The notes under the pieces: generated by a model | Told to the model about the DNA's origin: nothing | What the model saw: only the letters and a program-made list of their open reading frames with translations | Database searches by the model: none | Translations under genes and position numbers: made by a program | Shown here: positions 31,490 through 43,119 of the stretch, piece after piece | Position numbering within the stretch: position 1 is the stretch's first letter | How the letters are laid out: every line of letters begins with the position of its first letter | Source of the DNA: Calditrichia bacterium | GTDB lineage: Bacteria > Calditrichota > Calditrichia > JAJRVZ01 | Length of the DNA: 64,000 nucleotides | Direction of reading: 5' to 3' | Assembly (NCBI GenBank): GCA_963777955.1 | Contig: CAVZSQ010000013.1 | Coordinates: 256,001-320,000 of the forward strand

Positions 31490-32532
31490 CTATTTGATAA
31501 TTAATAATTTTTTAATTTGCCGGAGATCCTTTCCATTCAGCTGGATAAAGTAAAATCCAGTACTATAGTGATCCCCCAGTATCTCCGGCAAATTCAGAAC
31601 AAATTCATAATTTTTATGGTAAGGAAAAATTCGCGATGTATATAACTTTTGTCCCAGGATATTGAACACGGCTAGCGTGATCAGCTGTGGTTCAGGAATG
31701 GTCAGATTGACCTTAAGTTGATTGTTTCCTCTAGCCAGGTAAACCGGATTAGGAGAAAAGTCAAACCGGTTATCAGATATGTCATTTACCGGTGTATTAC
31801 TCCTGATTACGGTCATTCCGGGCAAAATATCTTCCAGCCGCCCGCTGATGCGGACGTCATCAATTCGGCCTTTAAATGGCTTGGACAACGCAGTACCGGC
31901 ACTATACCAGCCACCGATAGCCAGGGGGTGATTATTAGTTATTAAATTGTGATTAAAGATCAGCGAATCGGCAGTGCAGCGGTAGCTGCAGCTGTCGGCA
32001 CATTCCAAAAATACACTTTACCGGCTGTATAATTATAATAAGCAGCGACAAACGTCCATTGATTCGTTGGAATGGTAAATGAAGAGGCGGCGGTCTGTGC
32101 CTGGTTATTAGCATCACGGATCAGAAATTCCAGATGCTGGCTGTTGGAAATGCGCAGGGCATAATTGGTGGTTTTGGGATTGGCATCCTGCTGCCCTTTA
32201 TTAATTAAAAAATAAACATCATTTTCAAGAGTATCAGGATAAATCCAGGCGGAGATCCCGACATTTTCATTGTTGAAATCAAGATCAGCGCCTGGGTCAA
32301 CTTTAAAATAATCACCGGGCTGGGTATTGTCCAACTGCAAATAATACACTCCCTGCTGCAATGGCAGTGAGTCACTATAATTCGCACTGTTCATCAATGA
32401 GCCGATATTATCCGCCGTATCCCAGCTGGCCGTATCATTCCCGTTGTTTTCAAATTCCCAATGGCCACCTTTACTTTGCCCAAAACATATTTGCGAAAGG
32501 CAAAAGATTATAATGATCAGACTATATCGCAT
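31490..32532 (-). CDS. LamG/concanavalin-like domain protein with T9SS-type C-terminal domain; frameshift near 31980
   Basis: GHWEFE, ISAWIYP, QWTFVAAYY in fragment 1; FKGRIDDVRIS, FSPNP, VFNILGQ, STGFYFIQL..KKLLIIK in fragment 2. Confidence 0.75.
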
Positions 32533-32560
32533 CTGATTCTCTTTCCTGATACAGACTTGT

Positions 32561-32588
32561 ATTACTAATTACTAATTACCAATTATAA
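32561..32588 (+). repeat. Short tandem heptamer repeat in an intergenic spacer
   Basis: ATTACTA ATTACTA ATTACCA ATTATAA. Confidence 0.55.
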
Positions 32589-32598
32589 CTCTAACACT

Positions 32599-33748
32599 TC
32601 ATTGCCGGCCGTAATTGGGCGCCTGTTCGACACCAATATAGGTTTTTAACACCACACCCACATCCCCCCAACCGGGATAGACAACATATATGGCTTTGTC
32701 GAAGAAAGTCAGATAGTGCATTGGTGTTTCCAATTGTTCTTCGAACATTACCCCTTCGTCACCTTCCGCACTCACCGTAAACAGGCTGGTTTCCCAGGCT
32801 TCAGGTATAGTACATGGTACCATCAGCATCGAATTCAATTCCAAGCGGAGAATCCCCTTCCAGGAAAACTTCTTCATTCTCCAGACCAGTGGCCGTTATC
32901 TCATATTTCAGAATAGTACCATTCCAGATATCGGAAACATATAAATAATTCCCAAAAACACGCACGCATTTAGGACTGCCGATCGAATCGACATCCATTT
33001 GTGTCCCGGCCGGATTAAATGTCACGACCGCCCCGCCATTACTGACTACGTACATATTCTTATTCGCATCCCAGTCAAAATCGACCGGCGATTCCACCTC
33101 GACTACATCTTCAACAGTTCCACCATCAGGCGACACCCGTACAATCTTGCCTTCACCCTGCAGGCAAACATAAAGATAACCATCCGGACCAAATTCCATG
33201 GCCCCACTGATGGCCACCGAGGCGAACTCGGTTTTTTCAAGATCCGGTGTAATCTTATATATCACACCATCATTAGCAGATCCTACATATACATTTCCGT
33301 CGTCATCAACTGCTACTCCGTTAGGCCACGATATTTCTTCATCAATTCTTTCCACGGCCGGTTTGAAGGTGAATTCTAATTCGTTACTCCAGGACTCAGA
33401 ACCCTTAACACCTACCTTTATATTTACCGTTTCATCGGAAACATTCGGAGCCTGAACTTTTAACATAGTGGATGTTGCTTCCAGTACCGACCCTACATTG
33501 GCACCAAAAGCAACAATGTTGAATTCCGGCGTGGTATTAAAGCCCTGTCCGTTTATTGTTACGACATCCTTCAGATACCCCTCAATTGGGACTGAGTGAA
33601 TCTATGACGGCGGCAAGCTACCCCACTCGGGATTGGGATCGGGATTACCGCTATCATAAACAGGTTGATCCGGTCCTTCACAGGCCACCAACAACCAGCC
33701 AAGGAAAAGGGTACATGCAATTAAAGTCCATTGAGTTTTATGTTTCAT
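32599..33748 (-). CDS. IPT/TIG plus NHL/SMP-30 beta-propeller lipoprotein; several frameshifts
   Basis: Manual start ATG 33748 after GGAGG: MKHKTQWTLIACTLFLGWLLVAC; VTINGQGF (IPT); PNGVAVDDDGNVYV and PLGIEFDADGTMY repeats. Confidence 0.7.
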
Positions 33749-33809
33749 TCTTTTATTCCTCCAGCTTACTCTTTGCTGCTTATTAGACTATGCCTTGGGT
33801 TAAATGAAA

Positions 33810-34811
33810 TTAAAATTTTAAAGTGATCCCAAACATCTGTACAGCATCGAAATGTTTAAATTGAATATACCCATAATCGATGCCCAGGCCTAAATTATCG
33901 ATCATATACTGTAAACCTGCACCCAGGGTCAGATCCTGTTCATCATAATTGGCCTTATACCCGCCACGCAGAAAGATCATATTTTTAAAACCGTATTCCA
34001 GGCCAAAACACAGACGTTCGGAGTAGTCACGGGGATGAATGGCATCGACAGCTAAAGTCACTTTATGTTCAGATTGTTGCATCCACAAGGAGGCCAGATC
34101 CATGGCCAGACCGAATTTAAAAGTAAGGGGTAGTGGATATTTTTCCTCGCGGTACTGCCGCTCCTGAGAGAAATTTTGCAGGGACATGGCCAGCCGCAGA
34201 TCTTTAAATCCGGTATTATAGATAGTACCGATATCCAGGGTCAGCAAGTTCATCCTGGCTGTGTACATCTTACCCTCACCCATCGTACCAATTAAACCTG
34301 ATCCCAGATTTTCATACAAATATTTCAGATTTCCGCCGATAGCAAAGCGATCGGATATCTTACGGGCATAGCCCAGACCTACTCCCCAGTTAGTCGGGGA
34401 GAAATCACCGGTCTCGACAAATCCGGAACTTGCCGCATCATCACGCCGTGTGCCATGAATTGTACCCCAGTCTACACTGGAAAAATTCACGCTGAAAATC
34501 CCGATATTGCCGGCCTCATAGGAGGCAGCCGCAGCATTTACATTAATATCGGCAATCCAATTAGTCTGAGACAAAAATACATTGCCACCCGTGGTATAAG
34601 CTATTCCGGCGGGATTCCAGAAAACCGAACTGGCATCATTAGCAATGGCGGTGAATGCCCCGCCCAGGGCACTGGCTCGCGGACCAACCGGAATGGATAA
34701 CCATTGCATTTGCGACTGGGCAATCTTTTTCATGTCACCGGCCTGGATTGCTAAAGAGAAGATCAATATCAAAATTACACTTAACAGAATATATTTTTTT
34801 ATGTCCATCAT
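33810..34811 (-). CDS. PorV/PorQ-family outer-membrane beta-barrel
   Basis: LSIPVGPRASALGGAFTAIANDASSVFWNPAG, LPLTFKFG, terminal Phe. Confidence 0.85.
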   Translation of the reverse strand: MMDIKKYILLSVILILIFSLAIQAGDMKKIAQSQMQWLSIPVGPRASALGGAFTAIANDASSVFWNPAGIAYTTGGNVFLSQTNWIADINVNAAAASYEAGNIGIFSVNFSSVDWGTIHGTRRDDAASSGFVETGDFSPTNWGVGLGYARKISDRFAIGGNLKYLYENLGSGLIGTMGEGKMYTARMNLLTLDIGTIYNTGFKDLRLAMSLQNFSQERQYREEKYPLPLTFKFGLAMDLASLWMQQSEHKVTLAVDAIHPRDYSERLCFGLEYGFKNMIFLRGGYKANYDEQDLTLGAGLQYMIDNLGLGIDYGYIQFKHFDAVQMFGITLKF

Positions 34812-34865
34812 ATTTCCTCCTGACAGAATCAAAGATTAAATTGATCAAATAACATATTTTGCATT

Positions 34866-36940
34866 CTAACGGATAACGACAAATTTTTCTATACTGCCAG
34901 GAATCGGTTTCTTGTCAATATCTTTGGCATTATCGACCTGCAGAATATAAATCCCGCTGGCTATCTGTTGATTATAGGCGGTAATCTGATCCCAGCTTTC
35001 ATCCGCACTGCCGGTTACATGATCAATTGTTTTTATTAAATCACCAGCTGCTGTAAATATTCGTAAAGTACAATAGGGTGGTAAATTGGCAAAAAGTAAA
35101 CGGTTTGACTCATCACCGCCAAAATTGTAGTCTTCTGCTTTCAAAATAAAAGGATTAGGTATAATCCGTGACCTGTTCAGCATTAGGACGGCCTGGTTCA
35201 AAAGCATAAGCAGCAACTTCAGAACGATTGGCATAGATTGAACTTTCCAGACCGCTCCCGTCTACAGCCGTGACCCCATAATGATAGGGCTGACCGCGTA
35301 CTACGTTCGTATCGGTATATGTGGTCTGGTCATTGGGGATATTATCAGCGATTTTTTCCCAGACCAGATGGACACCATCTTCATTCAGTTCATTATAGGT
35401 ATCGCACAGAAAACTTCCCAATTTACGATAGACAATATAATGATCCAGGTCTGGTGTACCGGTATCAAAATCAGGTACCTGTGACAGGTCCTGCCATTCC
35501 AGATAAATTTCCAGCGGACCCGAGGTCACGGTCAAATTCGGCGCCGGTAATGGATCCGGGATATCCAGACCATTATTCCAGGCCAGATTGGCCCGATCCA
35601 GGGAAGTGAACAGGGAGTCTTTACCGGAAGCCAGTAGAGCATTTTTAGCATCATTATCAAAAGTGGCCCCGGCAACACCACGGTACCAGTCACGCCATTC
35701 CAATCCTTTGTCTACCGCTACCTGCCTGGAAATTCCGTTGACCCCAACCGCATAAACTATTACCACTGAATCACCAAGATTAAAATTGTATGGACCAAAG
35801 GCCTGGAAAGGAAATTCATCCTCCTGTGCCGAGGCATCATCCGGCCAGCCGCTCTGATCTTCAACTGTCTGTTTCTCTCCGGAGGCTGCCCAATCCCAGA
35901 CAGTAGCATAACCAAAATCTGAATCCCATACATTATAGATACTTATATTGGCAATAATCGATACGGGTTGATTAACATCATCACTATGATCAGCCGGAGA
36001 GGTATCGACATGTAATGCGGCGAATCCGGCATAGGAGGAGGATACAAATTCAGCCGAAGGCATGAGGTGTCGATCCACCCTCGCCGGTCGCCCAGCGCGG
36101 ATCACCGGTATCATCAAATTCCTGGCCACCCGCTTCAAACTCAGTCAGATCGGGATAATCTCCATCCCAACCGTACGAAATCTGAAGTTGCCTGCCACTG
36201 GGTACCAACTGGTGAATTAAAAGTTTCATAGGTGGCCCAGTCATCCTTGGCTTCTTCATACCAGCGTGAATAGGTAAGGTAGGTTCCTTCTGCCGTCTGG
36301 AAACTGTAACCGATCAGGAAATATACATCTTCCAGGGTCTGACTCACATCCGTATCCGGTCCCGGATCCTCATCCCAATCAAAGGTACACAGATACCGGT
36401 AATAATGAAGCACATAATCATTATGCTGCGGATTACTGTAAGAATAAGACCGTTTGATCACATCAAATCCTGGTTGTGCTTTATAGCGCACTTCAATCAT
36501 CTCATCTGCCGGCAGAGCAGGATCAATTGTACCTGTAAAACGTCTGGACGAGACGCTGCAATTTGACCTTCGGTGAAAACCCATACTTCCGGTGGTTCAG
36601 AACGCCGGAATTCTTTTATACCGTATGGTTCGGTTTGATTATAACTTACCGGCCAAAATTGATCCTGCTTGAAATGTTCGGTACCGGTGGTATCAATCCA
36701 TTTACCGACTACTATAGCACTATTATAGAACACTATATTGGCATAGCGGAAATAATCCTGAGGCCATTCTCCGGTTGGATCCACATCATTAGTATTAATG
36801 GTTTCATTAGCCTCAATACGAAGTTTAAAATCTCCCAGGTTATGGGTACGGGTTTGAGCATAGAGCGGCCCATCCAGCAATACCGCCGCAACGAAAATGG
36901 ATAGACCGGTCAAAATTAATTTTCTTTTATATCTGCTCAT
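34866..36940 (-). CDS. Large exported acidic protein with FN3-like domain and FlgD/T9SS-like C-terminal domain; about 4 frameshifts
   Basis: Signal peptide at 36940; overlapping ORF fragments 36497, 36141, 36050, 35155, 34866; C-terminal IIPNPF...LFANLPPYCTLRIFTAAGDLIKTI..WDQ..IASGIYI. Confidence 0.7.
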
Positions 36941-36981
36941 ACGTTTTATGCTCCTTTCATTATCTATCCGTATTGAATTGG

Positions 36982-39900
36982 TTATAATTGAATCTTGAGA
37001 CCAAAAAAGATATCGCGGGGATTGACAAACTGTGACCAGTTATTCCAGCCTAAATCGATGTAATCCTGTTTGTAATCACCTAACTTGTCGTTCCCCTTTT
37101 GGGCACCCGTTTCCCACGGAAAATGGAGGGAGTCCACATATTTGTTCCAGAACATGGGATTGGGAAATCCTTTAAAATTAAACAGGTTCTTGACCTGCAT
37201 ATAGAAACTAAAGCGCCTGCTACTGATCATAAACCGTTTTTCCAGCAGAATATCGGTATTCCACCAGTCAATATTATCTGCCCAGTGGCTGTTCAGCCAG
37301 CGGAGCATCCTGATTCATCAGTGTTTTCCCGCCCGCGGACCAGTCTTGCAGAATATTCAGGTACCAGTTACCCAGCAATTTCTGTCCTAACAGTTCCGGA
37401 CCAAATTCTGCCGGTGTACGAAAAGTAAGATTGGCAATCAGCGAAGGAACGGGGTATTCATAATTCTGGGTAGTGTTCTCACGTTCCTCGGTCAGCTCAG
37501 TTGCCGGTCTTCATAAATATTGAGCCAATCCGGTATAGCCGGTGCTTTTTACCAGATATTCCATGGAAACATATCCATACCACCAGCGGCCGACCCGCTT
37601 TTCCAGTTTAAGTTCCAGTCCCCTGATGTCGGCATAACTATTGTTGGCATAGGTGTTAATTACATAATTATCAAAAGATACGATTTCCTGACTGCTGAGC
37701 TGGTTGGACACGTCCTTATAATATCCCATAAAACGAATCAGATAATCGTTGGCCACACTCTGCTCAATACCGAGTTCGTACAGATATCGTCCGCGGCCAT
37801 TCTGCCCGGATATTGGGAATATCGGCTGTAGTCTGGCCGGTTGGCCGTACCAGATACAACTGGTCATTGACCGGAGGCTGATAAAAATGGCCGTAATTAA
37901 AGAAGATTTTACTGGTATTGGTGACCGGATGGGCAATACCCAAACGCGGACTTACGTACAGTTTATATGCCGGATCAGAAGTTTGTTCATTGGAGAAATT
38001 ATATCCGGATGCCACAAAATTCAGACGAGTATACGGTAATTGGCTGAAAATATAATTAGGATCAAGATTAAACGGGGAAACACCCGGTTGCAGATAATCC
38101 AGGCGAACACCAAAATTAGCAATCATACCTTCATATTCAAGTTTATCCTGTAGATAAGCATTCATTTTTACCGGGGAAGTATCATAGTGCCACCATACAT
38201 CCGGATTCTCCTGATAGGGTTGGGTCGTATAGCCATGATTGATCTCTCTACGCTCTTTGAATTCGGTGTATTCAATACCAAAACCGGCCTGGAACTGGTT
38301 ATGCCGGTCAATCTGTGAAACCAGATTAGCACCCAGTTTAACACCCCAGTACCATGAATGATCCTGACCGCGACCTCCACCGGACATCAGGAAATCATTT
38401 ATGATTATCGTACTTCTCAGTAATCCCCTGACCCAACTGGCTGCCGACGTAACCCCATGGTGCTTCATCAAACAACTGTCCGCCAATTTCTTTTATCTTG
38501 GTAGTATCACGCAGCCCGATTGGTTCCTGTTTATTCCGGTAATTGGTGTATTCAAGACTCACATCATAAAAAGTTTTGGTACTCAGAACATGATTCAGTG
38601 TTATGCCGCCATTATACATGACCGTTTGAATCGGATTAAAATTGGCATTACACCACATGTAGCGAATGGACTGGATATCGGTTACCACCCCCTGGGCATA
38701 TTCCACCCCTTGGCGGTTCCCGGTGATAAGGCCGTTGGTATCATTATAGATCGAGCCACCCACCCCATTGACCACCATCAGGTTATTATTAAATGATATT
38801 TTCATTTGCGGGCTCAAGTGGGTAGTTAATTTTAAAAGTGTGGTGCTGGCAATGGAATTATTGCGGCTGAACGGATAAGCTAATTGCAGATTTTCATAAC
38901 GCTGGGACAACATGAAAGTCACCGGCGTATGCGGTATGGGACCGCTGAAAGCCGCGTCCAGAATATAATCAGGCTTGTCTGAATATTTGCGGATGCGGTG
39001 TTGCCATTTCCAGACATCCAGCAGTGCCTGGGGAGTCATATCATTGGCCGGATCCGGATCTGATAGAAACTGGCGGGCTACTTCATTCCAGCCGATAAAT
39101 GTAAACGGATATTGCCCAGCATCGACCATCTCCTGGGTTATACCGGTATAAGCATCCTTACCGGAATAGACCTGCCAGAAGGGCCCATCAGTGCTGTAGG
39201 GACTGGGACCAAAATGCTTGCGCGCCGCGGGACTGATCCTGGCATCGATATTGACCGAATAGCGGTCGGGACTTCCTTCTTTGGTAACGATATTTACCAT
39301 ACCTGAGCGGATATCACCATATTCAGCATTGAATCCACCGGTCAGAATTTCGATTTCCTCAATAGCCGAAAGATTAAGGTTGGTCATCGGTTGTTGATTG
39401 CGCTCATTCCTGGTGGAAAGCCCATCCACGACAATATCGGTTTCATTTAAATCACCGCCACGTACCAGAATACCGGAACCATTCTGACTGGCGGTCAGAA
39501 TAATTCCTGCTTCTGCCGAAAGCACCTCTTCAAAATTATCAACCGGACGGCTTTCAATATTTTGCACCGATATCACCGTCTGGCTCGATGAGACATCCAT
39601 CTGGATGGGCGGTCGCTGTGCTTGAATGGTAATAGTTTCGCCCTGGATGGTCTCCGCTCTCATACCGAAATTCAGGGTTGTAGTCTGGTTTATATTAACG
39701 TCGACTTTTTCCTGAATAACTGTCGCATAACCGACCATCTGAGCCTTGACCGTGTATACTCCCGGACGCAGGTTGATAATATAATAATAGCCATCCAGGT
39801 CAGTTGCGGCACCCAGGGTGGTGCCTTCAATAATGATATTAACTCCGGTCAACGGTTCTTTGGTAGCAGTATCGACAATCCTGCCGGAAATTTTTCCCAC

Positions 39901-39987
39901 TGGTGCCGACCAGAGACAGGCTGGCAAAACCAGCATGATCAGCAGAACAGTGATAACAAAAAAATGGTCGTTAAAATGTTTTTGCAT
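36982..39987 (-). CDS. TonB-dependent receptor with N-terminal carboxypeptidase-like domain; at least 4 frameshifts
   Basis: GKISGRIVDTATKEPLTGVN, plug VRGG..IVVDG..GGFNAEYG..SGMVNIVTKEG; later YLQDKLE, SPRLGIAHP, FNYGHFYQ; terminal NPRDIFFGLKIQL. Confidence 0.85.
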
Positions 39988-40079
39988 AGGAGTACCTCCA
40001 TTTATTCATTAATCCTGTTAAATCAAATTTATGTCGCTGGATGCACCATGCTTATTCAGGCGATCCATAATCCTTATTT

Positions 40080-41441
40080 TTATTGATTCGATATATTCAG
40101 ATCATTCTGCCAATTTCCATTCTGATACTCATTGGGATGGGTGGAATGAGCGAGTACGTAATTTCCATACCCGGATCGGTCAACGAATATAAACTCGGTC
40201 TGCCCGTTGATGGTATAAATCCAGGTTTCAACAGCCTGAATTGTATTGGAAAATGAAGGCTCGCGCTTGACCTCCAGCGGTGCACCATAGGTGAGGTAGA
40301 TGCGGGCCATGTCGGAATTCAAACCGCCATTAAAAGATTTTTCACAAAAGGTAATACGCCTGAAGTATTCTTCCATAAATTCATTCTGTGCAGTAGCCGG
40401 ATCAGGATCCCTGGACTTCCAGAATGATATTAAAAATTGCTGTTTGCCAAAGGCATCCAGTTGCCGGAAAATTTTCTTTTCCTGGTCGGTGGTGATAAAT
40501 CGTAGCTGGTCGGTATAACGCTGGATGTCAGCGTTACTCATCGGCAGCACCAGGCGTGATTCACTCTCATCACTGTAAACCGAAAAATAGGCCGAGGACA
40601 TGCAATTCTGCTCTGTGGCCGAATCGACCACCCTCAGGTTCAGTTTAAACAAACCGGTATTAAAACCGGTTAGAGGAATTTTCTCTACCCGGGCTATACT
40701 GGCCGATTTTTTGACCAGTCCCTCCCGGAGCTGGCTCCAGATTTCCTTGCCGGACAAATCGGTGACGGTATAATGAACATCATAGTAGGAGGGTTTTTCC
40801 GCAGTATAAGAGAAATGATTGATTTCATAGTAGATATAGATATTGGTCTCCGCTGCATTATTGCCATAAGCACGGGCCGGATTAGGAATCATCTCCCAAC
40901 CGTTTTTTTCAAATGTACTCTGCCGGGAAGATTTCTGCAATTGATGAATAAAAGAAATATCGCTTAAGGAATAAGATTGCGGGAACGAACGAATCTCCAT
41001 TTTCTGTGCAATCCGGCCCGATCTGCCGGTCGCCGAGTCTGAAATATCCAGGGTAAAGTCGATCATTCCCGGTTTCAATTGCTCTCGTTTCAGATCGATG
41101 TAAATATTGGTATGCTGATCAGATATCAATGGTACGGTTTTAATCTCTGAATTGCGAATAACTGAATCAGGCGGTTGAGGTACAATCGAAAGTTGAATTT
41201 GCAGGGTAGCCGTTTTATTATCTGCATCCGCTGCTGACCATAATTGCTTTAAATCTACAGCATAGGAAATTTCTACAAGTGTTTTATTATCCTTATCTTC
41301 AAACTGGCAGATATCGGAGTAGAAGTTAAGTGAACCCGTACTGGGCAGGGAAGTGTTCCAGCTCGGAATGGCCAGGTCGTCAGCCCGCAGCTGATAACAG
41401 AGGATAAAGCCGGAAAAGCAGAGTAGCCAAAAACTTCTCAA
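40080..41441 (-). CDS. GWxTD-domain-containing protein (degenerate motif)
   Basis: FWKSRDPDPATAQNEFMEEYFRRI..GLNSDMARIYLTYGAP..ETWIY..FIFVDRSGYGNY. Confidence 0.8.
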   Translation of the reverse strand: MRSFWLLCFSGFILCYQLRADDLAIPSWNTSLPSTGSLNFYSDICQFEDKDNKTLVEISYAVDLKQLWSAADADNKTATLQIQLSIVPQPPDSVIRNSEIKTVPLISDQHTNIYIDLKREQLKPGMIDFTLDISDSATGRSGRIAQKMEIRSFPQSYSLSDISFIHQLQKSSRQSTFEKNGWEMIPNPARAYGNNAAETNIYIYYEINHFSYTAEKPSYYDVHYTVTDLSGKEIWSQLREGLVKKSASIARVEKIPLTGFNTGLFKLNLRVVDSATEQNCMSSAYFSVYSDESESRLVLPMSNADIQRYTDQLRFITTDQEKKIFRQLDAFGKQQFLISFWKSRDPDPATAQNEFMEEYFRRITFCEKSFNGGLNSDMARIYLTYGAPLEVKREPSFSNTIQAVETWIYTINGQTEFIFVDRSGYGNYVLAHSTHPNEYQNGNWQNDLNISNQ

Positions 41442-41493
41442 AATTGAACTCCGATAAGTTGGAAACGCATTTTAAAATTTCTAATAAGATTAT

Positions 41494-42735
41494 TCAAGTG
41501 CCTTTGACCTGTCTTATATCCGTACAAATTTCAGCAGAATCAGTTAGACTGGGCTGCAATTGGATCTTTTGATAAGGATATATCTGAACCCCCTGGACCA
41601 CACGGGTAATTGCGCCGCTGGCCGAAGGATTATCAGGTTTTAAACCATATAATAAGGATTTAAAAAAACCGAGTATCTGCGCCGGCAAAACACTGCAAAT
41701 AGCCAGGACTTCTTCATCCAGCCGTGAACTATTTCCGGAGAGTACAATTTTCAGATCCAGCTTTATTTTTTCAATATTCTTTTCCATGATGCCGATGCGA
41801 TATATGCCCTTTTCACCATTATCGATGGCACTGACCAGGTCTAACTCATATTTTCTGACGTAGGGATCATTAGAAAACAAAAATACCAGCAACGTCTCCT
41901 GATCAACCACCGCCCGCGGCCCATGCCGGAAACCCAGATAGGAATCGTGCTTACATATAACTTTCCCGTCGGTCAATTCCTGTAATTTCAGGTGCGATTC
42001 CCGGGCCACTCCCTGCAATGGTCCCGAACCCAGGAAGACTGCCCGTTTAAAATTTATCGCAGCAGCTTGCCTTAGCTGAACCAGGTGATCAGATAAGATT
42101 ATACGTCCATACTTCGCCAGATCTTCAACCTGCGTTTTAAGGGCAGCCAGACAATGCATTCGTGAGATCAATAAGCCAGCCAGGAACATGGCAGAAAAAC
42201 TACCGGTCATGGCCAGACTCTGGTCATCTGCTTCAGGCGGCAGAACAAAGATAAAACTGTTCTTGCGCCGGGTATCCCTGGCCAGGATTCCTTCCGCATT
42301 GCAGGTGATAACCAGGTGATATACGTCGGTGCTCAGTAAATCTGCCCATTTCACTGCAGCAATGCTTTCAGGACTGTTGCCGGAGCGTGCAAAAGAGATC
42401 ATTAAAACAGGAGTGTTCCCGGGAATGTACAATTCAGGGTGAGAAACCAGATCAGTAGTCGGTACCGCCTTGGTGCACCGGCCGGTATTTTTATGGATCG
42501 GCCCTTGTAAGGCTTCACCGATAAAAGCCGATGATCCCGCCCCGACCAGGATAATTTCGAGATTGGTCTTGGCCAGCACAGGATCCAGGAATTCATTCAA
42601 GGATTTTGCCTGTTTGTCAACGACCTCCCAGGTCTTCAGCCACAATTCGGGTTGGCCCTGAATTTCCCTGGCAGTATGAATTGCCCCCATACTAATTAAT
42701 CGATCTTCAGGTAGATTCAGGTAGGAAGGATTCAT
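41494..42735 (-). CDS. agaS: AgaS-type SIS-domain galactosamine-6-phosphate deaminase/isomerase
   Basis: HTAREIQGQP, GAGSSAFIG, ISFARSGNSPES, AMTGSFS, ESHLKLQELT, GFRHGP, ITRVVQGV; start may be 42735 or 42789. Confidence 0.9.
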   Translation of the reverse strand: MNPSYLNLPEDRLISMGAIHTAREIQGQPELWLKTWEVVDKQAKSLNEFLDPVLAKTNLEIILVGAGSSAFIGEALQGPIHKNTGRCTKAVPTTDLVSHPELYIPGNTPVLMISFARSGNSPESIAAVKWADLLSTDVYHLVITCNAEGILARDTRRKNSFIFVLPPEADDQSLAMTGSFSAMFLAGLLISRMHCLAALKTQVEDLAKYGRIILSDHLVQLRQAAAINFKRAVFLGSGPLQGVARESHLKLQELTDGKVICKHDSYLGFRHGPRAVVDQETLLVFLFSNDPYVRKYELDLVSAIDNGEKGIYRIGIMEKNIEKIKLDLKIVLSGNSSRLDEEVLAICSVLPAQILGFFKSLLYGLKPDNPSASGAITRVVQGVQIYPYQKIQLQPSLTDSAEICTDIRQVKGT

Positions 42736-42756
42736 AGATAGCCTGTTGCTTAGATA

Positions 42757-42771
42757 CTTATAAAATCTTTC
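42757..42771. promoter_or_regulatory. Candidate AgaR operator upstream of agaS
   Basis: CTTAT-N5-CTTTC, resembling the CTTTC-N5-CTTTC direct repeat described for AgaR. Confidence 0.35.
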
Positions 42772-43074
42772 GCGCAAATTATAATTCATTATTTATTAAA
42801 TGTCAACACCTTTTTTTTCCTATTTATTGGATATTTTCAGATTTTATAACCAATCTTAAAAAAGAATAAATAGGATTAACTTATGCTAAGGCCGTACTCA
42901 TATACGGATGAGAATGAACACCTGCCAGCAGAGATGACTATTACTAATTATTTAGACATTAATTAACAAGGAGTTACGACCAGGAATCAGTAAACCACGA
43001 TTCTTTGGTTCACAGCTCTAATGAAAATAATTCTTGTAAATATTAATACTTATAATTTATATTTGTAATGTTTT

Positions 43075-43111
43075 GAAAGATAGACTCAATATTCCCGAAA
43101 GTATTCGTAAG
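43075..43111. promoter_or_regulatory. Candidate AgaR operator upstream of agaR
   Basis: GAAAG at 43075 and GAAAG-N5-GTAAG at 43097-43111 (reverse complement CTTAC-N5-CTTTC). Confidence 0.4.
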
Positions 43112-43119
43112 ATAATTCA

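Noticed and set aside
32561..32588. Heptamer repeat as a CRISPR or contingency locus
   Set aside because: Only four degenerate 7-mers, no spacers, intergenic
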